Source: Phoronis australis (taxonomy: Eukaryota > Animalia > Phoronida). Taken from it: a stretch of 61,331 bases of DNA. Below, piece after piece: positions 35,036-48,878 of the stretch. The DNA is taken from positions 1 to 61,331 of the forward strand of contig NMRA01001063.1 of the NCBI GenBank assembly GCA_002633005.1, in the 5' to 3' direction. The notes under the pieces are model-generated. The model was not told the DNA's origin and did no database searches. It saw only the letters and a list, made by a program, of their open reading frames with translations. A program made the translations under genes and the position numbers. How positions within the stretch are numbered: the stretch's first letter is position 1; each line of letters starts with the position of its first letter.

Positions 35036-35339
35036 CCATGTCCAGTAGTGGCTTGGCCTCGTCGAACTCTGAACAGCACAAGCATTCCATTGAGGTAGGC
35101 ATAACAACGCACACAGCGCATTTGCACCAAGATGTGTCACCACGTCTATCCTCAGTAGCCGCCTCGTTTCTCTCAACAGCTGCCTGTGCCTGTGCGTACT
35201 CTGCCTCGTTATACTCGGGCTCAAACATATACCCACCCACTGAATGTCCGTGAAAAAATTCCTCGTCACCACTGCTGTGAACAAGGTCTCCGTTACTCAC
35301 ACTACTGTCACTGTGGTACGAGTCACCGACTCCAGCCAT
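35035..35339 (-). pseudogene. KolX-like accessory ORF (P2X7 ballast-like Cys-rich domain), 3'-truncated
   Basis: YMFEP...RRGDTSWCKCAVCVVMPTSMECLCCSE motif, convergent with the transposase. Confidence 0.75.
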
Positions 35340-36806
35340 TTTCAGCTTACAACACACTAAACAATCCCTAAATCCAACGTAGTTGAGTTCTCTACTAACC
35401 TATCTTGCCGCAGAATACTCTCCGATGGAAAGTGGTGGCCACAATTGTTGAAAAACTGCACAAAACAAAAGTAGAATAGAACAGATTCGCACGGTAAAGT
35501 CAACGCAAAACCAAGTGGCGGGAAACGCTTGCCTCCTAAAACGTCACTTCCGGAGTAGCGGACGTGTAATTTATAAAATTACGAAAAGCTGTAATTAAGT
35601 GGAAAATATGTCTAGGATAACCAACCAACCGTATTTCAGCTCAAAATGACATGGAAAAAGGTTGCCTTCGCCTTTAAGGACACTTTGACCGGATCGACAC
35701 ATGAGGTCAAGATAAGGATCGATGTACAGTAAAATCTACGTTCTTGGCGTAACTTCACCTACTGGTGAAAACCTGGGTGTGCACCAGTTCTCGTTACATA
35801 AACCGTTGCCTCCGTACAAGTCATGTAGTGGATTAAAAATTAGATGTGGAACACTCTTTTGGATTTGGTGTAAATTCGGATGGACACTGTACCACGACCT
35901 CATGAAACCAGAGAGAGTACACTTAGGCCTACATTTCCACCAGACAGATGGTCAGGAAAAAGGAAATCCCACAATTCTGTAACCGCAAAAAGATTCATAA
36001 TTGTCGGATGTTACGGTTCTCGTCCCATCTATGTGGAACATTAGAGTACCCTTGATGTAAGAAACTATTGTGATACCTGTACTAATAGTTAGTGTTAGTG
36101 TATTAAAGACGAACTGTAATGCAGAAATCCACGTGACATTTTATGTTCATGTCACACTGATTTGACACTTCAATGTAGGTCTACTGCAGTTTTTCGATCA
36201 TAAAAATTGAAGGAGCAAAACACAAAACGCCAAACAATCAGTATAAATTCAACACCTGAGAGACATATCTGATAGATTATAATTCACACTCCTGAATTCA
36301 ACGAATGAGTCTAACGTAAAAGGCTCCGTATGCAACTCCAGTAACGGCCGAACTGGTGCCATACAAACCTCTAATAAGACGAATTCCCGAACAACTGAAG
36401 ACTGTAACTAAATGCGTGACGTTGTCTTTTTCTATTCCTCCATGCACGTTATGTTTCACACTTGGCTCCAGTTTCCCATATCCGTTGCAACAAATTTCTG
36501 TTCAATTGAACGTTGCTCCTGTTTCCACGTCACCACGGTTTGTTCCAAGAATGGTTCTTCATTCCCCACAAATCTGCAACCATGCTACGTTGTGTTCGTT
36601 TGTTGCTAAATGGTCACTAAAGGACGAAGTTCCAGACGCAGCTGTACCAAAGAGTATTCGCTAAAGCGCTGGGTAAACTAATCGATATTTTCGAGGCAAG
36701 TTACTCAGACAAATATGTAACTATCATTCACTCTGCTCCAGAATATTACTCCATATAAAGAGGCAATGAATTTCTTGTCTGAAAATAAACCATACGCTTT
36801 TTACTA

Positions 36807-37673
36807 TCAGTTCAATAACTTCTGTAAAGTACGTTCTTTATTTTTTGCGTACCGATTGTTTGGCAGTCCCATTTGTCTTCGTAAAATTTTCCGAGCTCCC
36901 ATTTTCTTCATACCTGTTTTGCTGGCAGGCCAGCGTTCAACGGCGTCTAACCACTGCATAATTTTTGCTTTTTTGTTCGCGTCCGAGCTAACGTCAGTCA
37001 TTTCAGTGAAACTTTTTAGATTTTTTGTTGTTAAACTACACATCGAAGAAATTCGATCGCGATGTTTGTTTCCTTTTCCGGAAACACTGGATTCAGGTAC
37101 GAAAAGACCAGGCAGAGATTTACCAGTACGTTTAGAAACTACTGAGTTTCCATATCGTTTGCAGAGCCGCAACTCAATAAAATGACCACCTAGACCGTAA
37201 GTGTGACGGTAAAAATCGGGAACTTTCAACAAATTCTTCTCATCTTTGAAAGTCTTTGAATTCGATTTGCGGCGGTCTGATGACTTGTTCTCTTTGTGTT
37301 CACAACCACTGCCCTCATTCTGGCAACTCATTTTGAGATCTTCAACGTTCACTATTTCTGTTTTCTGCAGTTTCTTTTTAACTCTAAGGCAATTGATAAA
37401 AGGCTCCCTCTTGTTCTTGGCCCTCTTTGACAGCAAAGGGTTGTTAAGAGCTGGACTTGTGTATTTCATTTTATCCCTGCGACTGTCTGCTTGCATCTTG
37501 ATCAGCAACTGGTGAAACTCCTTTTCAAGTTGTTTTAAACATTGACTATCGTAGGCTTGGTTAAAACCTTCACCTGACTCCCATTTTGACGCAAACACTT
37601 TGCACAAGTTATCCTTTATGGTATTCAGAGAGATCAAAAGTTCCGTCGACGATCTCTGCCTTGTTTCAGTCAT
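36807..37673 (-). CDS. Uncharacterised basic, Lys/Ser-rich 288-aa single-exon ORF
   Basis: 867-nt ATG-initiated ORF in non-repetitive, AT-rich DNA; no motif recognised. Confidence 0.5.
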   Translation of the reverse strand: MTETRQRSSTELLISLNTIKDNLCKVFASKWESGEGFNQAYDSQCLKQLEKEFHQLLIKMQADSRRDKMKYTSPALNNPLLSKRAKNKREPFINCLRVKKKLQKTEIVNVEDLKMSCQNEGSGCEHKENKSSDRRKSNSKTFKDEKNLLKVPDFYRHTYGLGGHFIELRLCKRYGNSVVSKRTGKSLPGLFVPESSVSGKGNKHRDRISSMCSLTTKNLKSFTEMTDVSSDANKKAKIMQWLDAVERWPASKTGMKKMGARKILRRQMGLPNNRYAKNKERTLQKLLN

Positions 37674-39229
37674 GGCATAGTGAGGGAATTTTTCTTGTCC
37701 GAGAACTCATAAAATAGTGCAAGATTTCAAAGAGGATTAATAGCCGAGATTTTTGCCAAATGACGGGCAACTCGCGGGTCTCACAACGGAAATGACTGAC
37801 TATAAGTCTACAACAGAACACCAATATTCAACTACAGACAATGGGGTCCCATCATGCGACTGTTCAGTCATCCAAAGTGAGAATGAAATGATGGTTTCAT
37901 GAATGACGACATTTTATTGAAACCATTACGTCACAAACCTTCCTAATTACAGCGATTCTCTTGCAATGGATATATTGATGCAGATGGCCGGCGTAACCGA
38001 GGTTGTACACTAAAGCCAGGCCCGTAGCCAGCACTGCGCGGAGGGTGATTCCAATTTCTAAAGCGGTGTACCTTTTGATCATATTTTGCCAATTTTTCTG
38101 TAGCGCCGTTAGGCAGCTAAACCAGACACTGAGAAGGGAAATCCTTATACACAACGATGGCTCTGTGTGGCTCCATTTTTCTGATATCATACGGAGTCCG
38201 TAGGCCTAATCCAGGAAGTGATAACGTCATGACGAATACTCACAAAAAACGAGACCCAAATTCGGATGTATTGTATTGATCCACAAAGTTCACTTTCTGG
38301 GTTACTGGGTGTTACCTTCTGACAAACTTTCGAGCCATGCGTGCTTTCAACAATGAGTGATTATACTCCATCATATAATATTCAGACGAAAACATCTAGT
38401 CAGAAAATGACTTTAAGAAATTTGTATCAGGTTACCAAGAAGAGGTTCTTAAGTTGCTCATAGTGACGCGGGAAATGGGAACAGCCCACTACTCCGAAGG
38501 CATTTCTCCAAATGTTCACTACTCCAATAATGTATAAAATTGCGTACTGAAGCGTAATTTTTATACTACATATGAAAAAATACGCATTTCGGTTTAGACG
38601 CTTTGGCGTACCTAGTAATGATATTGAGAACAACGCCCGGGTTTCTTGCCTATCGAAAGTGGGCCCCAAAGCCACGGCCTGAAATGAAATATCTTCGTGC
38701 CCCCGATATGTTGTCCTTGTTTTAAAGATGAGTTCTCATAGATTCAAGAATCGCGATTGTGAATGATTGTATCTCAGATCATTTGCAAACAAAACAATAA
38801 TTTAACTACTGTTAATTTTTTACTCCCTTTAAATGGTTACTAAATGGGCACAAATACAATAGTTTATGACCATTTAAGAGTCACTGCATGACAAAGTCAG
38901 GCAGATGCCGGAACATGACATGTAACGGACTTTTTTTGAAATATAGCTTAGTTTTACTCATAGGTGGAAGGGTGAACACCTAAAATAATTTTATTTAAAA
39001 TAACTAACTTCACAGAAAACTAGTTTAGGGCTTCGGAAACCATCAAACTTTAGCATTTTTGTTGCATCACTGTGCAACAACGACAAATTAACAGAAACTA
39101 AGAATGAAATACTGAATAAACACAACTTCTGTCTACATTGAAGTGTAACTCATATTTTTGTTACTTATTCAACCCACCTGAGTCAAGCTTCGTAACTGGT
39201 GGAAATGCCCTTTATTCGATCGTTATCTC

Positions 39230-42200
39230 CAGTGGCGGATCTACGGGGTGTTCAGGGGGTTTAAACTCCCTCCCTCGGGCCAGGACACAAAAATTTAAAA
39301 AATCGTCTCCAGCAAAACAAAAACGGCACCGCCAGCGTGTGTAAGCCCCAAGTAAACCAACTTGGAAGAAATTGAGGGGGGTTCACTCTGAAAATATAGT
39401 TTTTTGCATTGTGAATTGCTGAGTCTTTGTGGCTCATAGGCAAACCGCGCGGGAGCCCTAGTTCCGACCTCAACACCTACCGTCTGTCTACCTGCAATAA
39501 GTACACTGCCGTCTTCTATACTGGGAATTTCCGCAGAAAGGCTCACCCGATGAAACGCTCATGCCAATGGGCATTTATTTGATATTAGTACTTCGAGTTT
39601 CAAGCGTTCAGACATTGGGACGTTTATTTCGAAAATTGCAACAAGAGATGCAAACAGGTCCTGGGATGCTTCGTCAAGGTTTGAAGTAGTCCATGATGAA
39701 CGGATCAAATTTAGTTGCGCATGTAAGTCTTTTGAATGGACTTGGCAACCTCAAGGGTCTTAGTGTCAACTGAGCTGCGAAACGAGATGCTGACATTGTA
39801 GAGGCTTACAAGCTCATTGACACAGCAGTTGACGAAGTGCCAGCGTTGGGAACAAACATCGAAGATATCTGGGTAGAATGGTTCCAAAACGAGCAAATCA
39901 TTGGATCCGATATACAAATTCCTCGGCAGTCTAGACAACAGAAGGATAGGACTAACGTATGAGTAACCACTGGGGATTAAAATTTTAGAGAGAAGTTTTC
40001 AATTCAAAATTTTTTGCATAGTACACCTTAGGTCTCGCGACGGACCAGGCCAGCTTGATTTGTGTAGATGTTGAGTTTCAGTGTACTTGTGGTCACTCGG
40101 CGAACTAGTCTTGTGATTTTTTACCAAAGTGTGCTTTGTAAAACTATTTATCCCAGCCAGTACTGTTTGGTCCCGCGACAGATCAACAATTTTTATAGGG
40201 ATAATAAGCACAGGTGTACTCTTGGTCTCGTGACGGACCAGGTCAGCTTTTTGTGTACTTTCAGTGTACATCTGGTCCCTCTGCAAACTAGTCCAGTGTA
40301 TCTTTTCACCACTGTGCACAGGATGTTTTGGTTTTGATAAACTGTTTTCAGATGATTTGTTTCCTGATAGATTTGACGTTTTTCAATGGGGCTATTCGGA
40401 GAATTCTCCTCGCGGTGTCGCTGCTGTACTAGTGGTGATTGAATTGCGCATGCGTGGCTGTCTGCATGTAAACAACTGGTAAAAGGTGGAATTTTTATCA
40501 AAATACGTCTTCGCGCTAAGCCTTATTACTGCTAATTTCCATGGTGCAAGTCTACGACAGGTGGCCACAAATTCCCAAAAGACCTAAGGTTACTATAATC
40601 GTGGACAATTGCGGTCAACAGGGTCAACTAACTGACAAAAAGTGTGTGGATGCTGAAGCCCCGTGTGTGCTCTATGACTATGCAGTTCCATTCGGAGACT
40701 ACACAACATTACTTGGTAAGTTTTTAGCAATCAGTTTCTATCAACATCGTTCGGTGATGTTATCCCCACCAGTTACCCCACTGAATAACAGGTTTATTGA
40801 GTGGAACTAAGTGTTTCTTTTAGGAAACTCACCCGATGCCGGGTAGGCTAGCAGCACATATTGTCCTGGGTGGGAGTGCTCCCAAAGAGGTGTACGGTAC
40901 GTGATGTACAGAAGTCAAGGGTGACTTTTTCACAGCAATTTCTCTTCAAAACTATGCTGTTTTCAATAAAACTCTCTAGATGAGTGAGTTTCCTTATTTT
41001 ATCATGGACCCCACCCCCAGGACTACCAGATCAGTTATCAAATTAACATGAATAAGCCTTAATTCAGTAAATGTCGTAACATTCATTGCATTGGAAAAAA
41101 TGACACCTAGAATGAATTTTACTTGTTGAAATCATAAGCACATTTTAAGTGTCATGAAAAATACACGTTGTTAAATCACTTTTAGCCTGTTTCACATATT
41201 TTAATTCAGATATTAAATAAGACTTGGGTACAAAGGTTATTAATTTCTACACATAAACATGAAAATGAAATGTCAAGTATGTTCTGCCTTACAAAAGTAG
41301 TTTTGTCTTGTCTTTTCTTTTACAATTTGCTAATATTTCTCTGACTATTGTGTTTCAGGTGAGAAAAAACAACTGAAACCAACCACCCGACCATGTATTT
41401 TACCCTTGGACAAAGTGAAAAGCAATCCTTCAGCAATAACCTGAGAGAATTGAACATAATTCAGAAATTCAGCACCTGATATGCCTGATTACGGACTACG
41501 TCGTAGTGTTTTTTCTTTCTGTGCTTTTTCAGTTTGCCATTTGTTTTTAAATACACTGATAATTATTTATTCTCGAATCTTGTGCATAGCAGATTCTTAT
41601 CCAGCTAGCTACAATTGAAAACATACAATAAGATAATCGATTCCGTCTCTGAATGTCATTTCCCCATAATGTGTACCAAATTGAAAAGTTTTCACCAATA
41701 GTATAAAGCCTTTCTTCTGAAAGGAAAATTTAATGTCACTCATCTTTTGGCTTTCATTTCACTGGGATCTAGTTTCAATGGCCTATAGAAGCGCTTGTAA
41801 AAAAGGTCCAGTTTCAACACGTGGCTTTCTTTCATGTAACCTCATTCAGCCTCAATAGCATCCACAATTAGACCCTTGAAGGTAAACACAGCAGCATATC
41901 ACTTGAATCGTTTTGAGCCCAAAATCAGACCCTGAACTAGACCAGAGTGTCGCTAAGTCTTCTTCAGCTTCAGTCCCTCATGTTTCTTCCAGGAAAGGAA
42001 ATAAGCTATTGTCCACACATGACGCATTGCCTATGGAAGGGCATCCTGACCAACAAGGCTTATTTGTGTAGCAGTCAGATATAGTACACAGACATTCCAC
42101 TGGCACATTGTCTTATGGTAACTTAGTTCTGCGATTCAGCGATTCACATTTCTCCAGGGCCACTGACTTGTACATTGTGCCATACAGCACTGCTGGTGTT

Positions 42201-44575
42201 TGGAGGTGCTGTGGGAAGACAACGGAGTAACAAAGCTTGTCTATGATACAGCTTGAAGTGGCCTTAAAATGTCACTGAACCTGGAACAAATATTGAAATA
42301 TGAATAATTAAGTACTCGAGATTGGATCAAAAATGTTATCCCTGTTTTTCAAAAATATATGGTGACTGCTCTACAGTTTCACATAAAATTAAATAATTAC
42401 TATTTTCAGAAACCAAGGGTGTATATAATAAGTATTGCATAAAACTGTGACTTTATTTTTATTCCTAGCCATAACAATTCTTTAAACGCATCATTTTTCT
42501 GCAAAATATACAAGTTTTTGAGACAACCTCAAACCTTTGTTACCCATTTTCAAGCCTTTTTAATTTTGATACTTTCAGCAATTTTAAACTCAGATTTCAG
42601 GTTCATGGATCTGTCAAGCATACTTCTAGTCTAAGGTTAAGGGAACTGTTTCTCAGATTTTTAATTTTTCTTCTAATAGAAGATATGAAGACTTGGGTCA
42701 TTTAAAAATGATGGATAATCTTTCTGTTGTTTAAGAGTAATTACAAATCGTAAGGCACCATCAAAAATGCAATTTTCACAAAAATGGCAGTCATTTGAAT
42801 TTATAACGACTTGCAACATTTCAAGGCATGAGTTAAGACTATTCAGTCACTGTGAATTCAAAAAATGTAATATATTTTCATGGGTTTACAATTGATACAA
42901 GAAGCAAAACAGTTTCATGAAATCAACTGAAGGGACTTTATGAAGGTTAAGAATTACCTCACCATGCTCTTTTCCCCAAACATGTATACCTGTTATTTCC
43001 ACACATTCAGTTGTACCAAATATTACAACCCCAACCCCCTATGCCAATCCCTCGCTAAGGACCTGAATAAGTAAATTAACAAAATGACTCACATACCTTT
43101 CTTTAAAAATAGCTGGTCCTTTTCAAAGGCTTTGTTCGTTGTCTCCAATATTGAAAGTAGGCTTTGACAACAGATCTGCACTGGATGGGAAGATCTTGTT
43201 GGTTAGCTGTAGTCAAATGCTAAAAACCAATTTTGTCCATTCAGGCACGGTGCAGAAGCGATGCATATCTCCTCCGAACGGTATAAGCCCTCAAACCTAA
43301 AAACCAAAGGTTACGTGAAAACAGACGTGATAGATTTCCATTTCAACGTGTAATAGATTTCCAGAAGACATATGACAGGGAGTAAACAAATAGTCTAATG
43401 CAATGGATATTTGTCACTCATGTACCCTTTGCCATTGGGCTTGGATTGTAATCTTAACTCATTAACCTGTATCGAGTTGACAGCATAAACATTCAGCATT
43501 GCTTGATGTAACTGTCACTGATAAACTGTTAGAAATTATTCCAAACAAAAATAATGCTTTGATGTACGAAAAGATCCCGATTGTTGCGTCAAGTATCGTA
43601 TCACATATCACAACAAACAAAGATTAACCAGACTGGCGACTGACTGCCGCGAAGTTGACATCGGCGAGTACCTCAGTTAACAGGCATCGGTAGAATAATC
43701 ATGGAATAATCCTTAAAATAAGCACAAGCCTTACCTTTGTATGAGGTCGTGCTTACTTCCTTTCATAGAGCACCCTTTTTACGCAATCGCAGGTTCAGTT
43801 GGCACGACTGCAAGCCATTTCACCATGTATTTAAAGGGCTCGCGAAATCGAGGCTGTTAATCTATCACTACTAGTACACGCCCGCCCTCTAGTTATTGTA
43901 GATTTTCCGAATAGCCCCATTGTTGTCAACGTGATTCAGCTTAATAAAGTGATACCTAATTATTTATTGTCGCTTTTAATAATAGACTATGAGGTGAGAG
44001 CACCATCGTTCGCCAGTTTTTCTCGTAACGAGACAGAACACATGTTTATTTCCGGACTAACAATACAGGTCTTCGTTCTTAAACAACTTGAGGCTGTTGT
44101 TACGCGGTCATCTGATATTCAAGTTTTTACGCCCAGTCGGTGCTCCTTAATCATGCTCTTGAATATTTGGAAATTGTCTAAGCCCCTGTAAACACACCAC
44201 ACATTTTCGTATACGACTTTTCGTATGCCAAAAAGGTGTGTGTAAGCAGATGTTCCAAGAAAAATTTTTGTTGGTGGCGTGACTCAAACCTAGATGTGCA
44301 CAATATGGTTTCACGAAACTTATGTGCCAAGTTCATGTGACGAAATCGAGAAGGGTTTTTGATTATCTTAAGAAAAACTCCAGAGACATGTTAAGTGCCA
44401 GAAACTTACCAGGATGTATGGAAATTTCACTATTTGGCTACAAAAAGAAAAAAATTTCTTACACGGGAGGGGAAACCCCCCTCCCGACCTCCCCCTGCTC
44501 GGCGCCACGCGCCTAGGATTCGACCTTGGCGGGAATCCTAAACCCCCCCTTGCTGAAAACGTAGATCCGCCACTG
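39230..44575 (-). mobile_element. hAT-like DNA transposon copy B (inverted relative to copy A), with a nested insertion
   Basis: TIRs CAGTGGCGGATCTAC...GTAGATCCGCCACTG; ATCTC on both flanks; arms are reverse complements of 24534-24990, 25223-25560 and 26155-26373. Confidence 0.8.
40388..43918. mobile_element. Decayed ISL2EU-like (PHIS group) DNA transposon nested in hAT-like copy B
   Basis: TIR GGGGCTATTCGGA.AAT plus shared subterminal TGTACTAGTRGTGAT; 2-bp AT TSD; - strand remnants GSKHDLIQR (SAP-like, ~43735-43790) and TPAVLYG (YqaJ-like, ~42180-42200); faint THAP-like remnants on +. Confidence 0.55.
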
Positions 44576-46211
44576 ATCTCTTTTACAGCGCAAAAACACT
44601 CAGAAAAGTAACACACTACACGTGAAAGCTGAACCTTTGTAGAGTACATATCTATTAAAACATTCGTGGACAGCGACTTGTGTGTCCTGCATGTTTTGAT
44701 TCAAACCACCCGCTTTGCTGATATCGGTCGGCCTGTACGCCATTACTGTCACACTCCCATTAAAAAACCAACAAAGTTCTAAAGATTTATGAGTAACAAA
44801 AAACGATGTCAACAAGGCCTTTTAGATTTTTCAAAGCTCGAAATCTGAATTACATTAAAATTCTTGCGGCTAGTGCTCAGAACTCTACAATTAAAGCTGA
44901 AATTACGGACTCGAAACGATGGCAATTGTCGGTCCTGTAATGTCTGCTTGACATTTAGTAACGTAAAGTGGTTCCGAAAAAAATAAGAACTTAAATTAAC
45001 AAGAGGCAAGCCTAAAATCATACTTGATTGAATGGTTATGCTAACCATACCTTTTAAGTACCGAAGACCCACGGGGAGCACTGATCCTGCAAAGGTGAAA
45101 ATCTTCCGGGTGGTAATTTTTCTGCTGCTCATTAGATGGCGCACTTGTTTACCGAGTCGGAAAAATGAACCTTCTGTTGAACAAGTTGTACTGATTACGC
45201 AGTGCCAAGTCAATATTTTAGGGCGCGCCCAAGCGTGTACCTTTGAGATATCCTACATTTTTGGCTAACTATTCAATGCACGGGAAACGTATATTGGCTA
45301 TTGCTATTTCTATAGGATTGTTTTTGCCAACCTCCACACAACAGTTCTCAGTTGAAGCAACGTTTCAGCCAGTCGTATTTACATTCATCACATGGACTTG
45401 CATTTTAGTGATGACGATTGCCAAGTAAAGGACTGAAACGTAGATTCGATGAAGCACTGCGGGTTCAGGTGAGAATGGACCAGAAGATTCCAACTGTGAT
45501 TATTGAACATCCCTAACACAATACGAATTCGAGATGTACATAAAAATATACTACACAGGGCTAGGAATGTCATTGGTTAATCTGGGCATCAGATGTAAAC
45601 CACTAGCAGATCCAGAATTTCAAAAGGGTCAATTGCAGTGGTGCTATGAATTTGAAATACAGACACATATTATTTTACGTAAGGTATCGGAGAACTTAAG
45701 TGTTTTATTGTCTAATACTCATGGAAACTCTGACTTGCAACACATAGAAAAACACACCATTGCAGTATTTATTACACATTAAATTTATACAACACAGCCT
45801 TTGGTCATGGTTGACATCGAGCTATGGATAGGACACTTTAGTTTCCCACCTATAAATTGATTATAGTGCATATGGGTATTATACAAGTGTAGGTGTTAAA
45901 CCTGGTTGTGAACGAAGTTTTGGGTATCGAAATCTGATCAAAAGAAGCAAAAATGAAACCATAGTATACAACACACTGCAGTTTTTTGCCAACATCATAC
46001 AAAAACAGGAAAAAAGGAAAGTGCCCAAGATTGCATCCCCGGCTGTATGCTTCCAGGGATGATAATAATATGTACAGCCTTTTTTCGCTCAGGGTGCAAA
46101 TTTAGATTTTTTATGTTATGCAATCATATTGACAGAATTCCTCCACCTTTGCAGATATTTGTATGATGATCTTGTTTTAGCACCGGTACTTATGACATTT
46201 ACACATTTTAA

Positions 46212-48878
46212 GGTAGGGGTATACACTGGCCAAATCTCTAGGTTCCTAACTAAAATGAGTAAAAACTTGAAAGCAGTTTTAACTGGTTAGACTCTGAAAG
46301 TGACAAAAATCAGGAAAAAAAGTTTTTTTTGTAATTCGTTTTTTTAAATCGTATTTTTTCAAAAAATTCAACTTTACCTCGAATTTTTTTTAAAATGCAC
46401 AGAGATTCTACTTATCAATACCAAATAAATGTACAAAATCATTATGATCTTGATTTTGCGGCATTCTGTGCGTGTGAGTTGGGGCAAGCCCGTCACTTTT
46501 TGTCATTTGGTAACTTTCCGTCTGATAACTAAAAATCTGGTCCATGTATCAAAAAACCCTGACACGCGATTTTACTTCAGTCCTAGAGGATTTCAAATTT
46601 GCAAATTTTGTAAAAATTGACCCACGTGTTGCGGAAAAATAGGCCCGAGAATCTTGTCACTATCCTGAAATCACGAGCCGAGAAAAACGGCTTTGAAATT
46701 AAGCGGTCATCGATTGCCACTTGAGATCAAATTTCGTTCAGAATGCGTGGTTATTATGTTCCAATTTTTGTTGAAGTACTAGAAATAAAGCTGATATTTA
46801 CTTCATGTTTAGAAAATTTGACATACCTGTTATGTATGTTGACCGATAGATGTCACCATAGGTAGTAGTTCCTGACAATACAGTCTAAGAAAGAAACCAC
46901 GTTGTTTATGTCTCCGTAAAATGTGGTAACAAACGTGACAATACCTGTTTGTTTACAGCGTAATTTTAATCATTTCTCGAACTTGTGAAGCACGACAAAC
47001 GACCAAAACAAATATGGCGGAGCATAGCGTTGATCTATTGTCTACCACACATGTGTCGATTGCCGATTCATCTAACTCGATCAGTGTAGTAAATGACTCT
47101 CTAACTATATTACACAGACCTATTTATTAGTATTCCAATATTATCATCAACCAATATATGTGCTATATCAAATCGCTGCGTTACTGTCTACATAACAATA
47201 TTGGCGACGAGGATAAAGAACTACTTTCATAGTAATGGTTATTACCAGAGACCGTAGAAAATCCTGGATATGACCCTGTTGGGTCGATATTTGGGACAGT
47301 TTCATGTAAATGGGCACAGACACAACTGCTTGAATCTAGAACGTCTTTAAGATGTGAATTTTCGAAAGAAAGATCTACTAATTTCTCCATTTTATTTTAA
47401 TACAAAATTTGTGTGTTAAAAGCTTACATAATTAATTGTTAATTAATTGATATTAACACCTGGAATATTGGGGGAAGAAAGCCCCCAACCTTTCAATTGG
47501 TTAAGGGGCACCCCCCACTCCTATCTCTTCTTCAGCAGATCCATTTGATGTTTATTACATTCCTGACCCCCTTGGACAAAATTCTACAGGTTCGGTACCT
47601 GCACATTCTCCAATAACCTACTTTCATCTGCTCAGCTCTTATTACTGAGTCTCCCTCTTGCTTATGATTATTTCTCGTAATTTATATTACCTTTGCTGCC
47701 CAGTTTTTTTTCTTGGTTTACTCTATATTTTGCCTATGTGTATTTTTCCATTAGAGTGCTCGTGTTTTTTGTTTTCAATATTTTAAACAAAGACACTTCA
47801 CTGACAATTTTGAATTTGACAAACTAAGATTGGCCATAGTGAATGCCTTGCGTTCTTCGTTGGCCCACACACACCCGCTAGGTGTCGCCACGGTCCATGA
47901 CACAATAATGGCGGCGGCCTTGGTGAATAGTCTTGTTAGCGTCTTTGTTATTACGTGCCTGTACTGAATGGACTTTGGGATAAGAAAATATCACTGAGCA
48001 AATAGCGACGCTTGGGTGAGATTCTCAAGTTACCAATGTTTCCCACATTGCTTTCCTCTAAAATCGTAGAATATCATGAGTTTTAATTCAGGGATACGTT
48101 TGAATCTATGCTCTAGAAAAAATTTGTTATGTTGAACAATGGGTCATTTCTCTAATTGTTTGCATGGGTTACGGCCAGTGGCAAGTTAAAAAATCCTCTG
48201 GGTGTGACAGCCTAGTTACTCCACGGCGCGTTCCCAGCACACTGATAAGCACGGTTTATCTGCAAAGACTCTACTCTGACGGCATGTAGTTGTCCATGTG
48301 TCGCGCGCGCGGCTTGTCTTCACAGCGCGTGCATGCACTCTCACCGAATCGTGCAACACCACCCACGTCGACGCTCAGCGTCCTCTCGCAATTAGACACC
48401 TCACCTTACCGACTTACACGCACAATTTCTACACTGACTCCTCAAGCTGAGTGCAGTGATGGCTTCGATAGAACTATAGACAAACAGGCTCAGGCTCGGA
48501 ACAGGAGCTAGTTCACCATTTCACCACCAACTTTCTGGTCAAAAATAGAATTATTTTATTCTTGGTCTTGCAACAACATCAATATCAGCTGGTACAGCAC
48601 TCTCGATTGCCCGGTTACGCAATGTTTGTTGGCAGGAATAGATTAGAGCTAGTGTCCTTGTATGAGCTCCGCCCCAGTTGTCAGTCACTGAGCTGGTGAG
48701 CACTCAAGCCATATGACTTACTGAGGCTTGGTCAAATAAAGCTAAAGAAACAACTTTGGATTTTCAGAATGATTTCATTTTTCCTCAATATACTGTGCAT
48801 CAAGAATTAAAGATGTGGATGACACAAAAATGTAAAAAAACTGTCAAAATTAATTTTTTTTTTGTGTATCCACCTACC
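46212..48878. mobile_element. Non-autonomous Kolobok-type element (2.67 kb)
   Basis: TTAA TSD (46208-46211, 48879-48882); TIR GGTAGGGGTATACAC / GTGTATCCACCTACC. Confidence 0.65.

Larger units (their letters stand above)
33980..35673 (+). mobile_element. Internally deleted Kolobok DNA transposon
   Basis: TTAA TSD (33976-33979, 35674-35677); AGG...CCT termini; ~167-bp TIRs (33980-34146, 35507-35673); two convergent ORFs. Confidence 0.88.

Noticed and set aside
35036-35253. C-terminal part of the 277-aa ORF as genuine transposase
   Set aside because: It is the antisense reading of the KolX-like ORF beyond the deletion junction.
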